Of a stretch of DNA of 64,000 nucleotides, positions 7,781 through 18,570 are shown one piece after another. The stretch comes from Burkholderiales bacterium. GTDB lineage: Bacteria; Pseudomonadota; Gammaproteobacteria; Burkholderiales; SG8-39. Every line of letters begins with the position of its first letter. The stretch's first letter is position 1. Position numbers and translations under genes: made by a program. The stretch is taken from NCBI GenBank assembly GCA_050248795.1, contig JBFWRS010000002.1:69018-133017 (forward strand), given 5' to 3'. The notes under the pieces were generated by a model. It saw nothing but the letters and a program-made list of their open reading frames with translations, was not told the DNA's origin and did no database searches.

Positions 7781-10558
7781 ATGTCGCTGATCCTCATCAT
7801 CGCGCTGCCCCTGCTGCTGGGGCCGCTGTTCGCTTTCCTCGGCGCGCGCTTCGGACGGTCCGGATCCGCGTGGGCGGTGGCGGCGGTCGCGGCGGCGGCG
7901 CTCGCGCTGGTGCTCGCCCAGGCCGGCGCGGTCATCGACGGCACGCCCCTCATGTGGCGCTGGCAATGGCTGCCCGAGGCGGGCCTGAACCTGTCGCTGC
8001 GCCTGGACGGGCTTGCGCTGCTGTTCGTGCTGCTGATCCTCGCCATCGGCCTTCTGGTCATCCTGTACGCCCGCTACTACCTTTCGCCCGAGGATTCGCT
8101 CGGGCGCTTCTACGCCATCCTGATGGTGTTCATGGCGGCGATGCTCGGCATCGTCACTTCCGACAACCTGCTGGTGCTCGCCGTGTTCTGGGAGCTGACC
8201 GGCGTCACCTCGTTCCTGCTGATCGGCTACTGGGGCAACCGCGTGGAGTCGCGCCAGGGCGCGCGCATGGCGCTCGCCATCACCGGCGGCGGCGGGCTGG
8301 CGATGCTCGCGGGCTTCCTGCTGCTGGGCGAGATCGCCGGCACCTACGAGATCTCGGAGCTGATCGAGAAGCGCGAGCTGATCCACGAGCACGCGCTTTA
8401 CGTGCCGATGCTGCTGCTGGTGCTGCTCGGCGCCTTCACCAAGTCGGCGCAGTTCCCGTTCCATGCCTGGCTTCCCGAAGCGATGGCGGCGCCCACGCCG
8501 GTGTCCGCGTACCTGCATTCGGCGACGATGGTGAAGGCGGGCGTGTTCCTCATCGCGCGCATGTACCCGATCCTCGGCCAGTCCGCGGTGTTCGAGTACA
8601 CCGTGTGCGCGGTCGGCCTGACCACGATGGTGTTCGCCGCCTATGTCGCGGTGTTCAAGCACGACCTGAAGGGCCTGCTCGCCTACTCGACGATCAGCCA
8701 CCTCGGCCTGATCACCTTCCTGCTCGGCCTGGATTCGCCGCTGTCGGCGCTGGCCGCGGTGTTCCACATCGTCAACCATGCCATCTTCAAGGCATCCCTG
8801 TTCATGGCCGCCGGCATCATCGACCACGAGGCGGGCACCCGCGACATGCGCCGCCTGGGCGGATTGTGGCGCCACATGCCGCACACGGCGACGCTCGCCA
8901 TGGTGGCGGCGGCGGCGATGGCGGGCGTGCCGCTGCTGAACGGGTTCCTGTCCAAGGAGATGTTCTTTGCCGAGGCGCTCGAGCTCGACCAGCTCGGGCT
9001 GCTGGGCGAGATCGCGCCCTACGCGGTGGTCGCCGGCGGCGCCTTCGGCGTCGCCTATTCGCTGCGCTTCATCCATGACGTGTTCTTCCATGGCGACGCG
9101 AAGGGCCTGCCGCGCACGCCGCACGAGCCGCCGCGCTGGATGAAGGTGCCGGTCGAGATCCTGGTCGCGCTGTGCATCCTGGTCGGCGTGCTGCCCGGCC
9201 TCACCGTGGCCACGCTGGTCGACGTCGCCGGTGCATCCGTTTTCGGCGCCGCACTGCCGCCGCACGACATCGCCATCTTCCACGGCTTCAATCTGCCGCT
9301 GGCGATGAGCGCGCTCGCCCTGGTGCTGGGCGCGCTGATGTACTGGGTGCTGCTGCATCGGCTCGACCTGCACCTGCACGTGCCCTCGGGATGGACCGGC
9401 AGGCTGCTGTTCACCCGCGCGGTAGACGGCCTGGTCGCAATCTGCCGGCTCATCACCGACCGGCTGGAGAACGGCTCGCTGCAGCGCTACCTCGCGCTGA
9501 TGATCGGCTTCGCCCTCGTCGCCGGCACCGCGCCCTTCATCGGCGCCGGTGACGTGGTGCTCACCGGGCCGCAGGCGCTGATGCCCGCGAACGCATTCGC
9601 CTGGGCGCTGTGGCTGGTGCTGGTCGCTGCGGCGCTCGGTGCGGTGCTGGTGCACCGGCAGCGCCTCGCGGCGGTGATCCTGGTTGCGGTGGTCGGCCTG
9701 GCGGTCAGCATCGCCTTCGTCTACCTCTCCGCGCCCGACCTGGCGCTGACGCAGATCTCGGTCGAAGTGGTCGCCACGGTGCTGCTGCTGATGGCGCTGG
9801 CGCTGCTGCCGGCAACTAGCGAGCCCGAGTCCGGCGCGGCACGCCGCTTGCGCGATGCCGGGCTCGCCGCCGGCGCGGGGCTTGGCGTCGGCCTGCTCGC
9901 CTGGGCGGTGATGACGCGGCCGCTGGAGACCGTGTCGTGGTTCTTCGTCGACCAGAGCGTCCCCGGAGGCGGCGGCACCAACATGGTGAACGTGATCCTG
10001 GTCGACTTCCGCGGCTTCGACACGCTGGGCGAGATCACGGTGCTGGCGATCGCGGCGATCGGCGTCGCCGCGCTGCTGGACGGGCTGCGTGTGCCGCGCG
10101 CCGCGCCACGGCAGGCGCACGATGCCTATCCGCTGATCCTCGCCACCGCGTCCAACGTCATGCTGCCGCTCACGCTGATGGTGTCGGCCTACATCTTCCT
10201 GCGCGGCCACAACGATCCCGGCGGCGGCTTCATCGCAGGCCTGGTGACCGCGATCGGCCTGGTCACGCAGTACATCGCCGATGGTTATCGCGCCACCGGG
10301 CAGCGTTTCAACCCGGACTACGCGCGCGTGGCGGGCGCTGGCATCGCGGTCGCCGGCGCCACCGGCATCGGCGCATGGTTCTACGGCGCGCCCTTCCTTA
10401 CCAGCGCGCACGGCTACGCCGGGATCCCGCTCCTTGGCAGCGTGCCGCTGGCGAGCGCCATCGCCTTCGACCTCGGCGTCTACCTGGTGGTGGTCGGCGC
10501 GACGCTGCTGATGCTGGTCGCGCTCGCCGGCGCGGGCGAACGCGAGGCCGCGGCCTGA
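7781..10558 (+). CDS. phaA: Monovalent cation/H+ antiporter fused subunit A/B (group 2 Mrp, Pha system)
   Basis: [51 protein letters not shown]. Confidence 0.92.
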   Translation: MSLILIIALPLLLGPLFAFLGARFGRSGSAWAVAAVAAAALALVLAQAGAVIDGTPLMWRWQWLPEAGLNLSLRLDGLALLFVLLILAIGLLVILYARYYLSPEDSLGRFYAILMVFMAAMLGIVTSDNLLVLAVFWELTGVTSFLLIGYWGNRVESRQGARMALAITGGGGLAMLAGFLLLGEIAGTYEISELIEKRELIHEHALYVPMLLLVLLGAFTKSAQFPFHAWLPEAMAAPTPVSAYLHSATMVKAGVFLIARMYPILGQSAVFEYTVCAVGLTTMVFAAYVAVFKHDLKGLLAYSTISHLGLITFLLGLDSPLSALAAVFHIVNHAIFKASLFMAAGIIDHEAGTRDMRRLGGLWRHMPHTATLAMVAAAAMAGVPLLNGFLSKEMFFAEALELDQLGLLGEIAPYAVVAGGAFGVAYSLRFIHDVFFHGDAKGLPRTPHEPPRWMKVPVEILVALCILVGVLPGLTVATLVDVAGASVFGAALPPHDIAIFHGFNLPLAMSALALVLGALMYWVLLHRLDLHLHVPSGWTGRLLFTRAVDGLVAICRLITDRLENGSLQRYLALMIGFALVAGTAPFIGAGDVVLTGPQALMPANAFAWALWLVLVAAALGAVLVHRQRLAAVILVAVVGLAVSIAFVYLSAPDLALTQISVEVVATVLLLMALALLPATSEPESGAARRLRDAGLAAGAGLGVGLLAWAVMTRPLETVSWFFVDQSVPGGGGTNMVNVILVDFRGFDTLGEITVLAIAAIGVAALLDGLRVPRAAPRQAHDAYPLILATASNVMLPLTLMVSAYIFLRGHNDPGGGFIAGLVTAIGLVTQYIADGYRATGQRFNPDYARVAGAGIAVAGATGIGAWFYGAPFLTSAHGYAGIPLLGSVPLASAIAFDLGVYLVVVGATLLMLVALAGAGEREAAA

Positions 10559-10559
10559 G

Positions 10560-10898
10560 ATGGAATTCCTCGTCGCCAGCGCCCTCGGGCTCATCACCGC
10601 CAGCGGCGTCTACCTGCTGCTGCGGCCGCGCACGTTCTCGGTGGTGCTCGGGCTGTCGCTGCTCGGCTACGCGGTAAACGGCTTCATCTTCGTCATGGGA
10701 CGACTGGCGAGCGGCGCGCCCCCGCTGGTGTCGGCAGACGCCGCAGGCTACGCCGACCCGCTGCCGCAGGCGCTGGTGCTGACCGCGATCGTCATCGGCT
10801 TCGGCATGACCGGCTTCATCATCGAGCTCGCGCTGCGCGCGCGCCAGGACGCGGGCAGCGACCACGTCGACGGCCGCGAGCCGGGGGAGCGCCGGTGA
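10560..10898 (+). CDS. phaC: K+(Na+)/H+ antiporter subunit C
   Basis: DPLPQALVLTAIVIGF, DHVDG. Confidence 0.9.
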   Translation: MEFLVASALGLITASGVYLLLRPRTFSVVLGLSLLGYAVNGFIFVMGRLASGAPPLVSADAAGYADPLPQALVLTAIVIGFGMTGFIIELALRARQDAGSDHVDGREPGERR

Positions 10899-12430
10899 AC
10901 CACCTCGTCATCGTCCCGGTGCTGCTGCCGCTCCTGACCGCGGCGCTGCTGCTCGTAGCAGCGCCGCGGCTCGCCGTGCAGCGTGTCGCGGCAATCGCCG
11001 CGACGCTGCTGCTGGCCGCGGTGTCGGTTGCGCTGCTCTCGCTGAGCGCCGACGACGCGCACCGCGTGTACGCGCTCGGTGCCTGGCCCGCGCCCTTCGG
11101 CATCGTGCTAGTGCTCGACCGCACGTCCGCGCTCTTCGTCACCATCGTGTCGCTGGTTGCGCTGGGCGCGGTCGCCGCCGCCGCGGGCGGCTGGGACGCG
11201 CGCGGGCGCTACTTCCACGCGCTGTTCCAGTTCCAGCTCGCCGGCCTGAACGGCGCCTTCCTTACCGCAGACCTGTTCAACCTGTTCGTGTTCTTCGAAG
11301 TGCTGCTGATCGCCTCCTACTGCCTGCTGCTGCACGGCCTGGGCGCCCAGCGCCTGCGCGCCGCGGTGCACTACGTGGTGATCAACCTCACCGCCTCGGC
11401 GCTGTTCCTGGTTGCGGTGGCGACGCTCTACGGCCTCACCGGCACGCTGAACATGGCGGACCTCGCCACCCGCGTCGCCGAGCTGCCCGAGTCGGACGCG
11501 CCGTTCGCGCGTGCCGCCGGCCTGCTGCTGTTCGCCGTGTTCGCGGTCAAGGCGGCGATGTTTCCGCTGCAGTTCTGGCTGCCCGCCACCTATGCGGCCG
11601 CGTGCGCGCCGGTCGCGGCGCTGTTCGCGGTGATGACCAAGGTCGGCCTGTACGCGATCGCGCGCGTCTATCCGCTGGTGTTCGGCGATACGGCCGGTGC
11701 GGCTTCGCTGCTCGAGGCGCCGCTGATGCCGTTGGCGCTGGTCACCCTGGCGCTGGGCGCCATCGGCGCGCTCGCCGCGGCGCGCCTGGGCGGCGTGGTC
11801 GCCTGCTTCACCGTCGTCTCCGCGGGCACCGTGCTGGTCTCGCTCGCGCTGCTCAGCCAGGCCGGCGTCGCCGCCGCGCTCTACTACATGGCGCACAGCA
11901 GCTTCGCGCTCGCGGCGCTGTTCCTCGTTGCCGGCCTGTTCGCCGCGCAACGCGGCGCCGAGGCAGACCGCCTCGCGCCGGGGCCGGCGCTGGCGCAACC
12001 CGGCCTGCTCGGCATGCTGCTGCTGGTCGGTGCGCTCAGCATCGCCGGGCTGCCGCCGCTGTCGGGCTTCGTCGGCAAGCTGCTGATCCTCCAGGCCGCG
12101 CGGGGCGAGCTGGCGCTGTGGACCTGGAGCGTGGTGCTCGGCGCCACGCTGCTCGCCATCGTCTGCCTGACGCGCGCGGGCAGCCTGCTGGTGTGGAACA
12201 GCGCACCCGGTCCTGCGCGCGCGCCCGGCGCCCGCGCGCTCGAGGTCGCGCCGGTGGTCTTCCTGCTCGGCTGCAGCGTGGCGATGGCTGCATTCGCCGC
12301 GCCCCTGCACCGCTATACCGATGCCGCGGCAGCCCAGCTGCTGCAGCCCGCCGGCTACATCAATGCGGTACTGTCCGCGGCACCAGAGCGCCGGGTGCGT
12401 GCGTTCCCCGATGCGGAGGCGCGACGATGA
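10895..12430 (+). CDS. phaD: K+(Na+)/H+ antiporter subunit D
   Basis: DLFNLFVFFEVLL, KAAMFPL, MTKVG. Confidence 0.9.
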   Translation: MNHLVIVPVLLPLLTAALLLVAAPRLAVQRVAAIAATLLLAAVSVALLSLSADDAHRVYALGAWPAPFGIVLVLDRTSALFVTIVSLVALGAVAAAAGGWDARGRYFHALFQFQLAGLNGAFLTADLFNLFVFFEVLLIASYCLLLHGLGAQRLRAAVHYVVINLTASALFLVAVATLYGLTGTLNMADLATRVAELPESDAPFARAAGLLLFAVFAVKAAMFPLQFWLPATYAAACAPVAALFAVMTKVGLYAIARVYPLVFGDTAGAASLLEAPLMPLALVTLALGAIGALAAARLGGVVACFTVVSAGTVLVSLALLSQAGVAAALYYMAHSSFALAALFLVAGLFAAQRGAEADRLAPGPALAQPGLLGMLLLVGALSIAGLPPLSGFVGKLLILQAARGELALWTWSVVLGATLLAIVCLTRAGSLLVWNSAPGPARAPGARALEVAPVVFLLGCSVAMAAFAAPLHRYTDAAAAQLLQPAGYINAVLSAAPERRVRAFPDAEARR

Positions 12431-12921
12431 AGGCGCTGCTGCCCCAGCCGCTCACCAGCGCGGTGCTCGCCGCCGGCTGGCTGCTGCTGGCCGGCTTCTC
12501 TGCCGCGCACCTGGCAATGGCGATCCTGGTCTCGCTGGCGCTGCCGTGGTTCACACGGCGCTTCGTCGGCGAGGCCATGGGGAAGGTGCGCGGCTGGCGC
12601 GGCCTCGCCCTGGCGGCGCGCTTCACGTTGCTGGTGACCTGGGACATCGTGGTCGCGAACGCGGTGGTCGCGCGGCTGGTGCTGGGCCCGCCGCAGCGGC
12701 TGCGCCCGGCCTGGATCGAGGTGCCGGTCGACCTCGAGCAGCCGCTGGCGATATCGCTGTTCGCGTCGATCATCACGATGACGCCGGGAACCGTGTCCGC
12801 CGACCTGTCCGACGACCGCCGCTGCCTGCTGGTGCATGTACTGGATACCGACAACCCGGCGGCGCTGGCGGCCGACATCAAGTCGCGCTACGAGCGCCCC
12901 CTCGCGGAGATATTCGCATGA
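12427..12921 (+). CDS. phaE: Antiporter subunit E
   Basis: ITMTPGT, IKSRYERPL; ATGA overlap. Confidence 0.88.
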   Translation: MKALLPQPLTSAVLAAGWLLLAGFSAAHLAMAILVSLALPWFTRRFVGEAMGKVRGWRGLALAARFTLLVTWDIVVANAVVARLVLGPPQRLRPAWIEVPVDLEQPLAISLFASIITMTPGTVSADLSDDRRCLLVHVLDTDNPAALAADIKSRYERPLAEIFA

Positions 12922-13187
12922 TGGAGTTCGCCCTCAACGTCGCTTTCGGCTCTATCGCGGTGGCGCTGGCGCTGTCGCTGTGGCGCCTGGCGCGCGGCCC
13001 CGACGTGCCGGACCGCATCCTTGCGCTGGATGCGATGTACATCAACGCCGTGGCATTCATCGTGCTGCTGGGCATCCGCACCGGCTCGGCGGCCTACTTC
13101 GAGGCGGCGCTGCTGATCGCGCTGTTCGGCTTCGTCGCCACGGTGGCGCTGGCGCGCTACGTGGCGCGCGGCGACGTGCTGGACTGA
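12918..13187 (+). CDS. phaF: Antiporter subunit F
   Basis: GPDVPDRILALD, FEAALLIAL. Confidence 0.88.
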   Translation: MMEFALNVAFGSIAVALALSLWRLARGPDVPDRILALDAMYINAVAFIVLLGIRTGSAAYFEAALLIALFGFVATVALARYVARGDVLD

Positions 13188-13196
13188 GGAGGAAGC

Positions 13197-13508
13197 ATGG
13201 CAGAACTGGTCGTTTCCGCTTTCCTGCTGGTCGGCAGCTTCTTCGTGCTGGTCGGCGCCATCGGCCTTGCGCGGCTGCCCGATTTCTTCACGCGGCTGCA
13301 CGCGCCGACCAAGGCGACCACGCTCGGGGTCGGCGGCATGCTGCTCGCGTCGATGGCGCACTTCCTCGCGCTCGGCGCGCCCAGCGTGCACGAACTGCTG
13401 ATCACGCTGTTCCTTTTCGTCACCGCGCCGGTGAGCGCGTACATGCTGGCGCGTGCCGGGCTGCAGTTGAAACTGCGCTCGCGCGCCCCTCTGCCTCCTG
13501 CGGAGTAG
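13197..13508 (+). CDS. phaG: Antiporter subunit G
   Basis: LPDFFTRLHAPTKATTLG; GAGGAGG SD. Confidence 0.9.
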   Translation: MAELVVSAFLLVGSFFVLVGAIGLARLPDFFTRLHAPTKATTLGVGGMLLASMAHFLALGAPSVHELLITLFLFVTAPVSAYMLARAGLQLKLRSRAPLPPAE

Positions 13509-13529
13509 CTCCTTCGCGGAGCCGCGGCA

Positions 13530-14180
13530 TCAGCCGGCGATGATGACGTGCACGCGCGCAGGGCCGTGCGCGCCCAGCACCACGGTCTGTTCGATGTCCG
13601 CCGTGCGCGACGGCCCGGAGATGTAGTTCACCGCGCGCGGCAGCTGGCCGAGCTCGGCGCGCATCAGGTCCCAGGCATCCTCCATGTGCGCGACGATGCG
13701 CGACGCGGGGACGATCGCGACATGCGTCTCGGGCAGCAGGCTGACGCTGGAGGGCGTGTCCGGGCCGGACAGCACGCACAGCGTCCCGGTTTCCGCGATC
13801 GCGCAATAGGCGCCGGTGACGCCGATCGCATCCGCACCAACCGCCGCGCGCGCTTCGAGCGCAAGGCCGGCGCCGCGCCAGTCGAGCGTCGCCAGCCGCG
13901 GCCAGACGCAGCCCGACCTTGCGAGCTTGTGCGCGTCCAGGTATCGCGCCACCGCGCCGGGCGCATCCCGCTCGCTCGCCACCGCGTCCACCGTGCTCGC
14001 CAGCGCCGCGGCCCTGGCGCGGAAGCGCTCGACCAGGTCGCGGTCGAGCGCGGGCAACGGACCGCGCGGATGCGCGCGCAGGTAGGTCGTCACCAGGTCC
14101 TGCTCGTCCGCGCCCGGCGCGGCGCCGCCGCGGTGCTGCGCGCGGCGGATGCGCTCCAGGATGCGCTCGCGCGCCGGCAT
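13530..14180 (-). CDS. lutC: LutC/YkgG family (LUD domain) protein
   Basis: AIAETGT, SLLPETH, ISGPSRTADIEQ, GAHGP. Confidence 0.85.
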   Translation of the reverse strand: MPARERILERIRRAQHRGGAAPGADEQDLVTTYLRAHPRGPLPALDRDLVERFRARAAALASTVDAVASERDAPGAVARYLDAHKLARSGCVWPRLATLDWRGAGLALEARAAVGADAIGVTGAYCAIAETGTLCVLSGPDTPSSVSLLPETHVAIVPASRIVAHMEDAWDLMRAELGQLPRAVNYISGPSRTADIEQTVVLGAHGPARVHVIIAG

Positions 14181-15596
14181 CTAGTCCAGCGCCTTCACCA
14201 GGTCGTCGATGACCTTCTTCGCGTCGCCGAACACCATCATCGTCTTGTCCATGTAGAAGAGCGGGTTGTCCAGGCCGGCGTAACCGGCGGCCATGCTGCG
14301 CTTGTTGACCAGCACGGTGCGCGCCTTCACCACGTCCAGGATCGGCATGCCGTAGATCGGGCTGCCCTTCTCGTAGGCGAGCGGATTGACGACGTCGTTG
14401 GCGCCCAGCACCAGCGCGACATCCGCGGTGCCGAAATCGCTGTTGATGTCCTCCATCTCGAACACCTGGTCGTACGGCACTTCGGCTTCCGCCAGCAGCA
14501 CGTTCATGTGCCCCGGCATGCGGCCCGCCACCGGGTGGATCGCGTAGCGCACGCTGACGCCCTTGGCGGCGAGCTTGGCCGCCATCTCCTTCACCGCGTG
14601 CTGCGCGCGCGCCACGGCCAGGCCGTAGCCCGGGACGATGATCACGGATTCGGCGTTCGCCATCAGGAACGCGGCGTCGTCGGCCGAGCCCGAGCGCACC
14701 GTCTTCTGCTCGCCGCCCGCGGCAGCCGACCCCTCGGCGGCGCCAAACCCGCCGAGGATGACGCTGAAGAACGAGCGGTTCATCGCCTTGCACATGATGT
14801 AGGAGAGGATCGCGCCCGAGGAGCCGACCAGCGAGCCGGCAACGATAAGCAGGGAATTGTTCAGCGAAAACCCGATTCCCGCCGCCGCCCAGCCCGAGTA
14901 GCTGTTCAGCATCGAGATCACCACCGGCATGTCGGCGCCGCCGATCGGGATGATGATCATCACGCCGAGCATGAACGCCAGGCCCGCCATGAAGATGAAG
15001 GGCGTCCACGCCTGGTCGTTCGACATGAAGAACGCGAAGCCGAATCCGAGCATCAGCACGAACAGCGCAAGGTTCAGCATGTGCTGGCCGGGGAACACCA
15101 CCGGCGCGGAGGAAAACAGCCGGAAGTGCTTGCCCAGGCCCGCGAGCTTGCCGAAGGCGATCACGCTGCCCGAGAAGGTGATCGCGCCGACGAAGGTGCC
15201 GATGAACAGCTCCAGCCGGTTGCCGCGCGGCATCGGCTCGGCAACGCCGAAGGCGGCCGGGTTGTTCACCGCCGCGATCGCGATCAGCACCGCCGCCATG
15301 CCGACCAGCGAATGCATCAGCGCGACCAGCTCCGGCATCTGCGTCATCTGCACGCGGCGCGCGAACAGCGCACCGACGGCGCCGCCGATCGCGATGCCGA
15401 GGATGATCAACGCGTGGCTCTTCACCACCGCCAGCGTCACCAGCACGGCGATCGCCATGCCGGCGATGCCGAAGGCGTTGCCGCGGCGCGCCGTCTCGGG
15501 GTGCGACAGCCCTTTCAGCGCGAGGATGAAACAGACCGACGCGACCAGGTACCAGAGCGTCAGCTGGTTCGCGGTAATGGTGCGCACCTCATCCAT
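14181..15596 (-). CDS. pntB: NAD(P)+ transhydrogenase subunit beta
   Basis: [44 protein letters not shown]. Confidence 0.95.
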   Translation of the reverse strand: MDEVRTITANQLTLWYLVASVCFILALKGLSHPETARRGNAFGIAGMAIAVLVTLAVVKSHALIILGIAIGGAVGALFARRVQMTQMPELVALMHSLVGMAAVLIAIAAVNNPAAFGVAEPMPRGNRLELFIGTFVGAITFSGSVIAFGKLAGLGKHFRLFSSAPVVFPGQHMLNLALFVLMLGFGFAFFMSNDQAWTPFIFMAGLAFMLGVMIIIPIGGADMPVVISMLNSYSGWAAAGIGFSLNNSLLIVAGSLVGSSGAILSYIMCKAMNRSFFSVILGGFGAAEGSAAAGGEQKTVRSGSADDAAFLMANAESVIIVPGYGLAVARAQHAVKEMAAKLAAKGVSVRYAIHPVAGRMPGHMNVLLAEAEVPYDQVFEMEDINSDFGTADVALVLGANDVVNPLAYEKGSPIYGMPILDVVKARTVLVNKRSMAAGYAGLDNPLFYMDKTMMVFGDAKKVIDDLVKALD

Positions 15597-15930
15597 GGCT
15601 CTTGTCTCCCGCCACGGCGCCGTCCTTCGGCGCCTTCGGGGCCTTCTTCCTGAACATCTCGAGCATGCGCTGCGTAACGAGGAAGCCGCCGAAGACGTTC
15701 ACCGCGGCGAGCACTACCGCAGCGAAGCCCACCCAGCCGCCGAAATCGGTCTCGGCGGGACCGGCGGCGAGGATCGCGCCGACGATGATCACGCTGGATA
15801 TGGCGTTCGTCACGCTCATCAGCGGCGTGTGCAGCGCGGGCGTGACGTTCCAGATCACGTGATAGCCGACGAAGATCGCCAGCACGAAGATGACGAGGTT
15901 GGTGATGGTGGGGTCTACGATGCCGCTCAT
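15589..15930 (-). CDS. pntA: NAD(P)+ transhydrogenase subunit alpha part 2 (membrane)
   Basis: [30 protein letters not shown]. Confidence 0.93.
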   Translation of the reverse strand: MSGIVDPTITNLVIFVLAIFVGYHVIWNVTPALHTPLMSVTNAISSVIIVGAILAAGPAETDFGGWVGFAAVVLAAVNVFGGFLVTQRMLEMFRKKAPKAPKDGAVAGDKSHG

Positions 15931-15933
15931 CTG

Positions 15934-17055
15934 CTAGCTCCGTTTGGTGACTTCGCCGCCGATGCAGGCGAGGCTGCCGGCGACGATCTCGTCCTCGCGG
16001 TCGAGCTTGAATTCGCCCGTCTTCGCATCCAGCATCAGGCCGAGGAAGTTGTACAGGTTGCGCGCGTACAGCGCAGACGCGTCGAAGGGCACCGTCGCGG
16101 CAAGGTTCGGGTAGCCGACGATCCTGACGCCGCCCCTGTGCACCACCTTGCCGAGCTCGGCGCCTTCGACGTTGCCGCCCTGCTCTATCGCCAGGTCGAC
16201 GATCACCGAGCCGGGCTTCATCGCCGACACGGTCGCCTCCCGGATCAGCTTGGGCGCGGGGCGGCCGGGAATCAGCGCCGTGGTGATGATCACGTCGGAG
16301 GCCAGCGCGCGCTGGTGCACGGCTTCTGCCTGCCTGCGCATCCAGTCGGCCGGCATCGGCCGCGCATAGCCGCCCACGCCCTGCGCGATCTCCTTCTCCT
16401 CGTCGGTCAGGTAGGGCACGTCGACGAACTTCGCCCCCAGCGACTCGATCTGTTCCTTCACCGCCGGGCGCACGTCGGAAGCCTCGATGACCGCGCCCAG
16501 GCGCTTCGCGGTGGCGATCGCCTGCAGGCCGGCGACGCCGGCGCCGAGCACCAGCACGCGCGCCGCCTTCACGGTTCCCGCTGCCGTCATCAGCATCGGG
16601 AAGAAGCGGCCGATCTCGGCCGCCGCGAGCACCACCGCCTTGTAGCCGGCGATGTTGGCCTGCGACGACAGCACGTCCATCGACTGCGCGCGCGAGATCC
16701 GCGGCAGCCATTCCATGGCGAAGCCGGTGACCCCGCACCGGGCGAGCGCCTCGAGCGCCTGCGCGTCGTAGGGATTCAGCAACCCGATGAGCAGCGAATC
16801 CTTCTTCAGCATGCCGAGCTCGGCGGCCAGCGGGGCACGCACCTTCAGCACGATGTCGGCGTCGAACGCCTCCGCCGCCGCGGCGACGAGCTTCGCGCCC
16901 GCGGCCTCGTAGTCGCGGTCAGGGATGCTCGAAGCCGCACCCGCGCCGGCCTGCACGCGTACCTCGTTCTTCGCGGCCAGCTTCTTCACCGTTTCCGGGG
17001 TTGCGGCAACGCGCGTTTCTCCCGCCAGCGCTTCGGCGGGGATGCCAATTCTCAT
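15934..17055 (-). CDS. pntA: NAD(P)+ transhydrogenase subunit alpha part 1 (NAD-binding)
   Basis: ETRVAATPET, RAQSMDVLSS, GAGVAGLQA, GGYA. Confidence 0.95.
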   Translation of the reverse strand: MRIGIPAEALAGETRVAATPETVKKLAAKNEVRVQAGAGAASSIPDRDYEAAGAKLVAAAAEAFDADIVLKVRAPLAAELGMLKKDSLLIGLLNPYDAQALEALARCGVTGFAMEWLPRISRAQSMDVLSSQANIAGYKAVVLAAAEIGRFFPMLMTAAGTVKAARVLVLGAGVAGLQAIATAKRLGAVIEASDVRPAVKEQIESLGAKFVDVPYLTDEEKEIAQGVGGYARPMPADWMRRQAEAVHQRALASDVIITTALIPGRPAPKLIREATVSAMKPGSVIVDLAIEQGGNVEGAELGKVVHRGGVRIVGYPNLAATVPFDASALYARNLYNFLGLMLDAKTGEFKLDREDEIVAGSLACIGGEVTKRS

Positions 17056-17085
17056 GAGCGGGATCTCCCTTTGGACGCCGCGATT

Positions 17086-18570
17086 CTACCGCGTGCGCGC
17101 GAGCATCACCCGCTCCAGGGCCTCGAAGGCGACATGAACGACCAGCGCGAGCCCCGCGGCCGGCAGCGCGCCGGCAAGCAGCATGGTGTGATCGTTCAGC
17201 GCGAGGCCCTGCGCGATGCGCTCGCCGAAACCACCGGCACCGATGAACGCAGCGATGGTCGCGGTGCCGACATTGATGACCGCGGCAACCTTGACGCCGG
17301 CGAGGATCGTCGGCGCAGCCAGCGGCAGCTCGATGCGCAGCAGGATGTCGCCGCCGCGCAGGCCGAGCGCCAGCGCGGCGTTGCGCAGTCCCTGCGGCAC
17401 CTGCACCAGTCCGGCATGCGTGTTGCGCGCGATCGGCAAGAGCGCATAGAGAAACAGCGCGATCAGTGCCGGCCAGATGCCGATGGTGCCGGTGAGCGGC
17501 ACCAGGAACGCCAGCAGCGCGAGCGACGGGATGGTCTGCACCAGGCCGGTGGCGAGCAGCACCGGCTGCGCCAGCCAGCGCAGCTTCGCCGCCGCGATGC
17601 CCAGGGGCACGCCGATTGCCGCGGCGGCGGCAAGCGATCCGCCCACCAGCCACGCATGCTCGGCGAGCAGCCGGCCGAAGTCGTCCGCGAACAGCGCCGC
17701 CGCGAGCGAACGCCGCGCAGCCGGCGCGGCGACATCGGCGCCAGACAGGTAAGCGGCGGCGACATCGGCGAAGGACTGCTTGTCGATCTCGGCGCGGGCG
17801 TTCAGGCCCACCATGGTGACCGCGTCGATGCGGCCCTCGAACCCGGCGAAGGCGGCGAAGGCCGCCGGAAAGCGCGCGGGCGCATCGTCGCGATGCAGGA
17901 TCACCGCATCGTAGGAGGGAAAGAACGCGCGGTCATCCGCCAGCACCGCGATGTCGTAGCGGGCGATCTTGGCGTCGGTGGAGTAGACGTCGATCGCGTC
18001 TATGCGGCGCGCGGCGAGCGCCTCGTAGGCAAGGCCATGGTCCAGGCCGCGCACCGCGCCATGCGGCAGCGCGTAGGCCTCGCGCAGGCCCGGCCAGCCG
18101 TCGCGACGGCCGAGAAACTCGTGGCCGAAGCCGAGCACCAGCGACGGATGCCGCGCCAGGTCCGACACCGTCCGTATGCGCAGCCGCTCGGCGTGCGCGC
18201 GGCGCATGCCGATGGCGTAGGTGTTGTTGAAGCCGAAGCGCACCGCGACCGCGAGGCCGTGCGGCGCGAGGCGCCGGTTCAGCGCCGGGATGTCCAGCCG
18301 TTCCTCGAGCTTGAGCATCTCGCGCGCGATGGTGCCGGTGTACTCGGGATAGGCGTCGATCGTCCCGGTGCGCAGCGCTTCCCAGAGGATCGCGGTGTTG
18401 CCGAGTCCCGGTTTGTGCTCGGCGCGCGTGCCGGCGCGCTCCGCCGCCTGCGCGAGCAGCTCGCCGAGGATGTACGACTCGGTGAAGCGCTTGGAACCGA
18501 TGCGCAGCGCATCCTGCGCCAGCGCGGCGCCCGCCGCGGCGAGCAGCAGCGCGGCGAGGATCGCCCTCAC
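17086..18570 (-). CDS. Fused substrate-binding protein plus permease of an osmoprotectant/betaine-type ABC importer
   Basis: Signal peptide, IGSKRFTESYILGE, YPEYTGT, YSTD (OpuAC/OsmF type); C-terminal QTIPSLALL and IELPLA permease motifs; GTG start. Confidence 0.85.
   Translation of the reverse strand: MRAILAALLLAAAGAALAQDALRIGSKRFTESYILGELLAQAAERAGTRAEHKPGLGNTAILWEALRTGTIDAYPEYTGTIAREMLKLEERLDIPALNRRLAPHGLAVAVRFGFNNTYAIGMRRAHAERLRIRTVSDLARHPSLVLGFGHEFLGRRDGWPGLREAYALPHGAVRGLDHGLAYEALAARRIDAIDVYSTDAKIARYDIAVLADDRAFFPSYDAVILHRDDAPARFPAAFAAFAGFEGRIDAVTMVGLNARAEIDKQSFADVAAAYLSGADVAAPAARRSLAAALFADDFGRLLAEHAWLVGGSLAAAAAIGVPLGIAAAKLRWLAQPVLLATGLVQTIPSLALLAFLVPLTGTIGIWPALIALFLYALLPIARNTHAGLVQVPQGLRNAALALGLRGGDILLRIELPLAAPTILAGVKVAAVINVGTATIAAFIGAGGFGERIAQGLALNDHTMLLAGALPAAGLALVVHVAFEALERVMLARTR

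Noticed and set aside
7763-10597. Long antisense and alternate-frame ORFs (e.g. 944 aa here, 1365 aa at 14929-19026, 1015 aa at 45511-48558, 909 aa at 39660-42389)
   Set aside because: Shadow ORFs expected in very GC-rich coding DNA; Arg/Ala/Gly-rich with no motifs, and they overlap well-supported genes
15589-17055. Split pntA as a possible pseudogene
   Set aside because: The three-gene pntA1-pntA2-pntB organisation is a well-known natural form and both parts are intact
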